Positions 62,985 through 64,000 of a DNA stretch of 64,000 bases are shown here, one piece after another. The notes beneath the pieces are model-generated. The model was not told the DNA's origin. It saw only the letters and a program-made list of their open reading frames with translations, and did no database searches. Position 1 is the first letter of the stretch. Each line of letters opens with the position of its first letter. Position numbers and translations under genes: made by a program. Source of the stretch: Podarcis bocagei (Eukaryota); assembly GCA_964188305.1 (NCBI GenBank), contig OZ076889.1; one strand, 5' to 3'.

Positions 62985-63087
62985 TATTATCAAACACATG
63001 GATGGTGTTGTGAGTATTATTCCACTGGGAGGAGCGAATACATACGTTAACGGAAAATGCATTTCAAGCCCTACATTTCTCCATCAC
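62985..63087 (+). CDS. KIF14: KIF14 coding exon 14
   Basis: VVSIIPLGGANTYVNGK...LHH; FHA domain. Confidence 0.94.
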
Positions 63088-63297
63088 GTGAGTTGGTTGG
63101 AACAGAGATTTATTTGCATGTCAAATTGGGACAGAAGTTTAAATTCATGTGTCATATGCTGGTTTAGTGTAGATTTTGAATGACTAAGCATGATACTATT
63201 TGATGTCACTCATGTGCCTAAGCGCTTGCATGCAAGCACACACACACACAAAAATTCATTTTTAACATGCATCAAACATATATCTTGGGTTTTTTAG

Positions 63298-63458
63298 GGT
63301 GACCGTGTCATTCTTGGAGGAGACCACTATTTTCGGTTTAATCATCCCGTAGAAGTTCAGAAAGTCAAAAGTCTTTCTTGTGGCACTTCCCTTCCTGAGG
63401 ACGGTCCAAGTGGCTTTGAATTTGCGAAGAATGAATTGCTGGCTTCACAAAGGGCTCA
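63298..63458 (+). CDS. KIF14: KIF14 coding exon 15; gene continues beyond the right edge
   Basis: GDRVILGGDHYFRFNHP...FEFAKNELL; donor CA|GTGAGT. Confidence 0.94.
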
Positions 63459-64000
63459 GTGAGTACTAGTAGAAATTCTGACTTAAATGGTAAATGTGTT
63501 TTCCTTCTTGTGTGTGACATGAATGTTGCACCCTAGTTTTTAGAACTTTGATTTTTGTATAGGTTGGAGATACTAAAATGAACAAACATTTACTTTCTAT
63601 GTAAGAAAGGTGTCTTGCTGAATTCCCATCAACATCTAGAAATCCCGTTGCCACTAAAAGCTTAAGTTTAGACAACTTAGAGCCCACTGTTGCTCTTAGA
63701 GCTGATATGGTAAGTTTCATTGGTGTTCATGCAAAAAGTAGCATTAAATTTTGTTATGGTGCTAACAGGAATATAGCAAAGCGATGAGTGGCAAGACAAG
63801 TTACATTACCATGTAGCCTTCCTTCATGTTATCTTTGGAACAAATGGGTCTCCTAATAGCAGAAAAAAATTATTTTGAAATATGAAAAACTAATCTCTTC
63901 ACTTTTGGAAAAGTAGTGCTTTTCAGACTTGTATTTATACTGTAATGTAGGTGAAAGGATTGTTTAAAGGTCCTGCACAGCATATTAAGATGATTGAAGC

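Overview
Vertebrate genomic DNA from a squamate reptile, probably a lacertid lizard (inferred from Sauria-type SINEs and the CR1/L2/PLE/MITE complement). It holds the CAMSAP2-DDX59-KIF14 block known from other amniotes. CAMSAP2 coding exon 1 and its CpG-island promoter are on the minus strand (about 8.3-9.8 kb; the rest of the gene runs off the left edge). DDX59 is complete on the plus strand (7 coding exons, 32461-42240, 624 aa by my exon sum). The 5' part of KIF14 is on the plus strand (15 coding exons, 47684-63458, 939 complete codons, truncated by the right edge). Introns and intergenic DNA are dense with transposons, and there is one 135-nt N gap (38981-39115). The most unusual structure is a family of five TA-flanked, CCGTA-terminated (Tc2-like) non-autonomous transposons. 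They share one terminal frame but carry different cargo made mostly of concatenated GC-rich hairpins: a 10 x 113-bp double-hairpin array, two adjacent ~118-119-bp double-hairpin arrays, and a perfect 80-bp palindrome. Also notable are three tandem splice donors in the KIF14 5' UTR, one matching the U12 consensus. Gene exon boundaries were read by hand from GT/AG sites and frame continuity; boundaries of old TE remnants are approximate.
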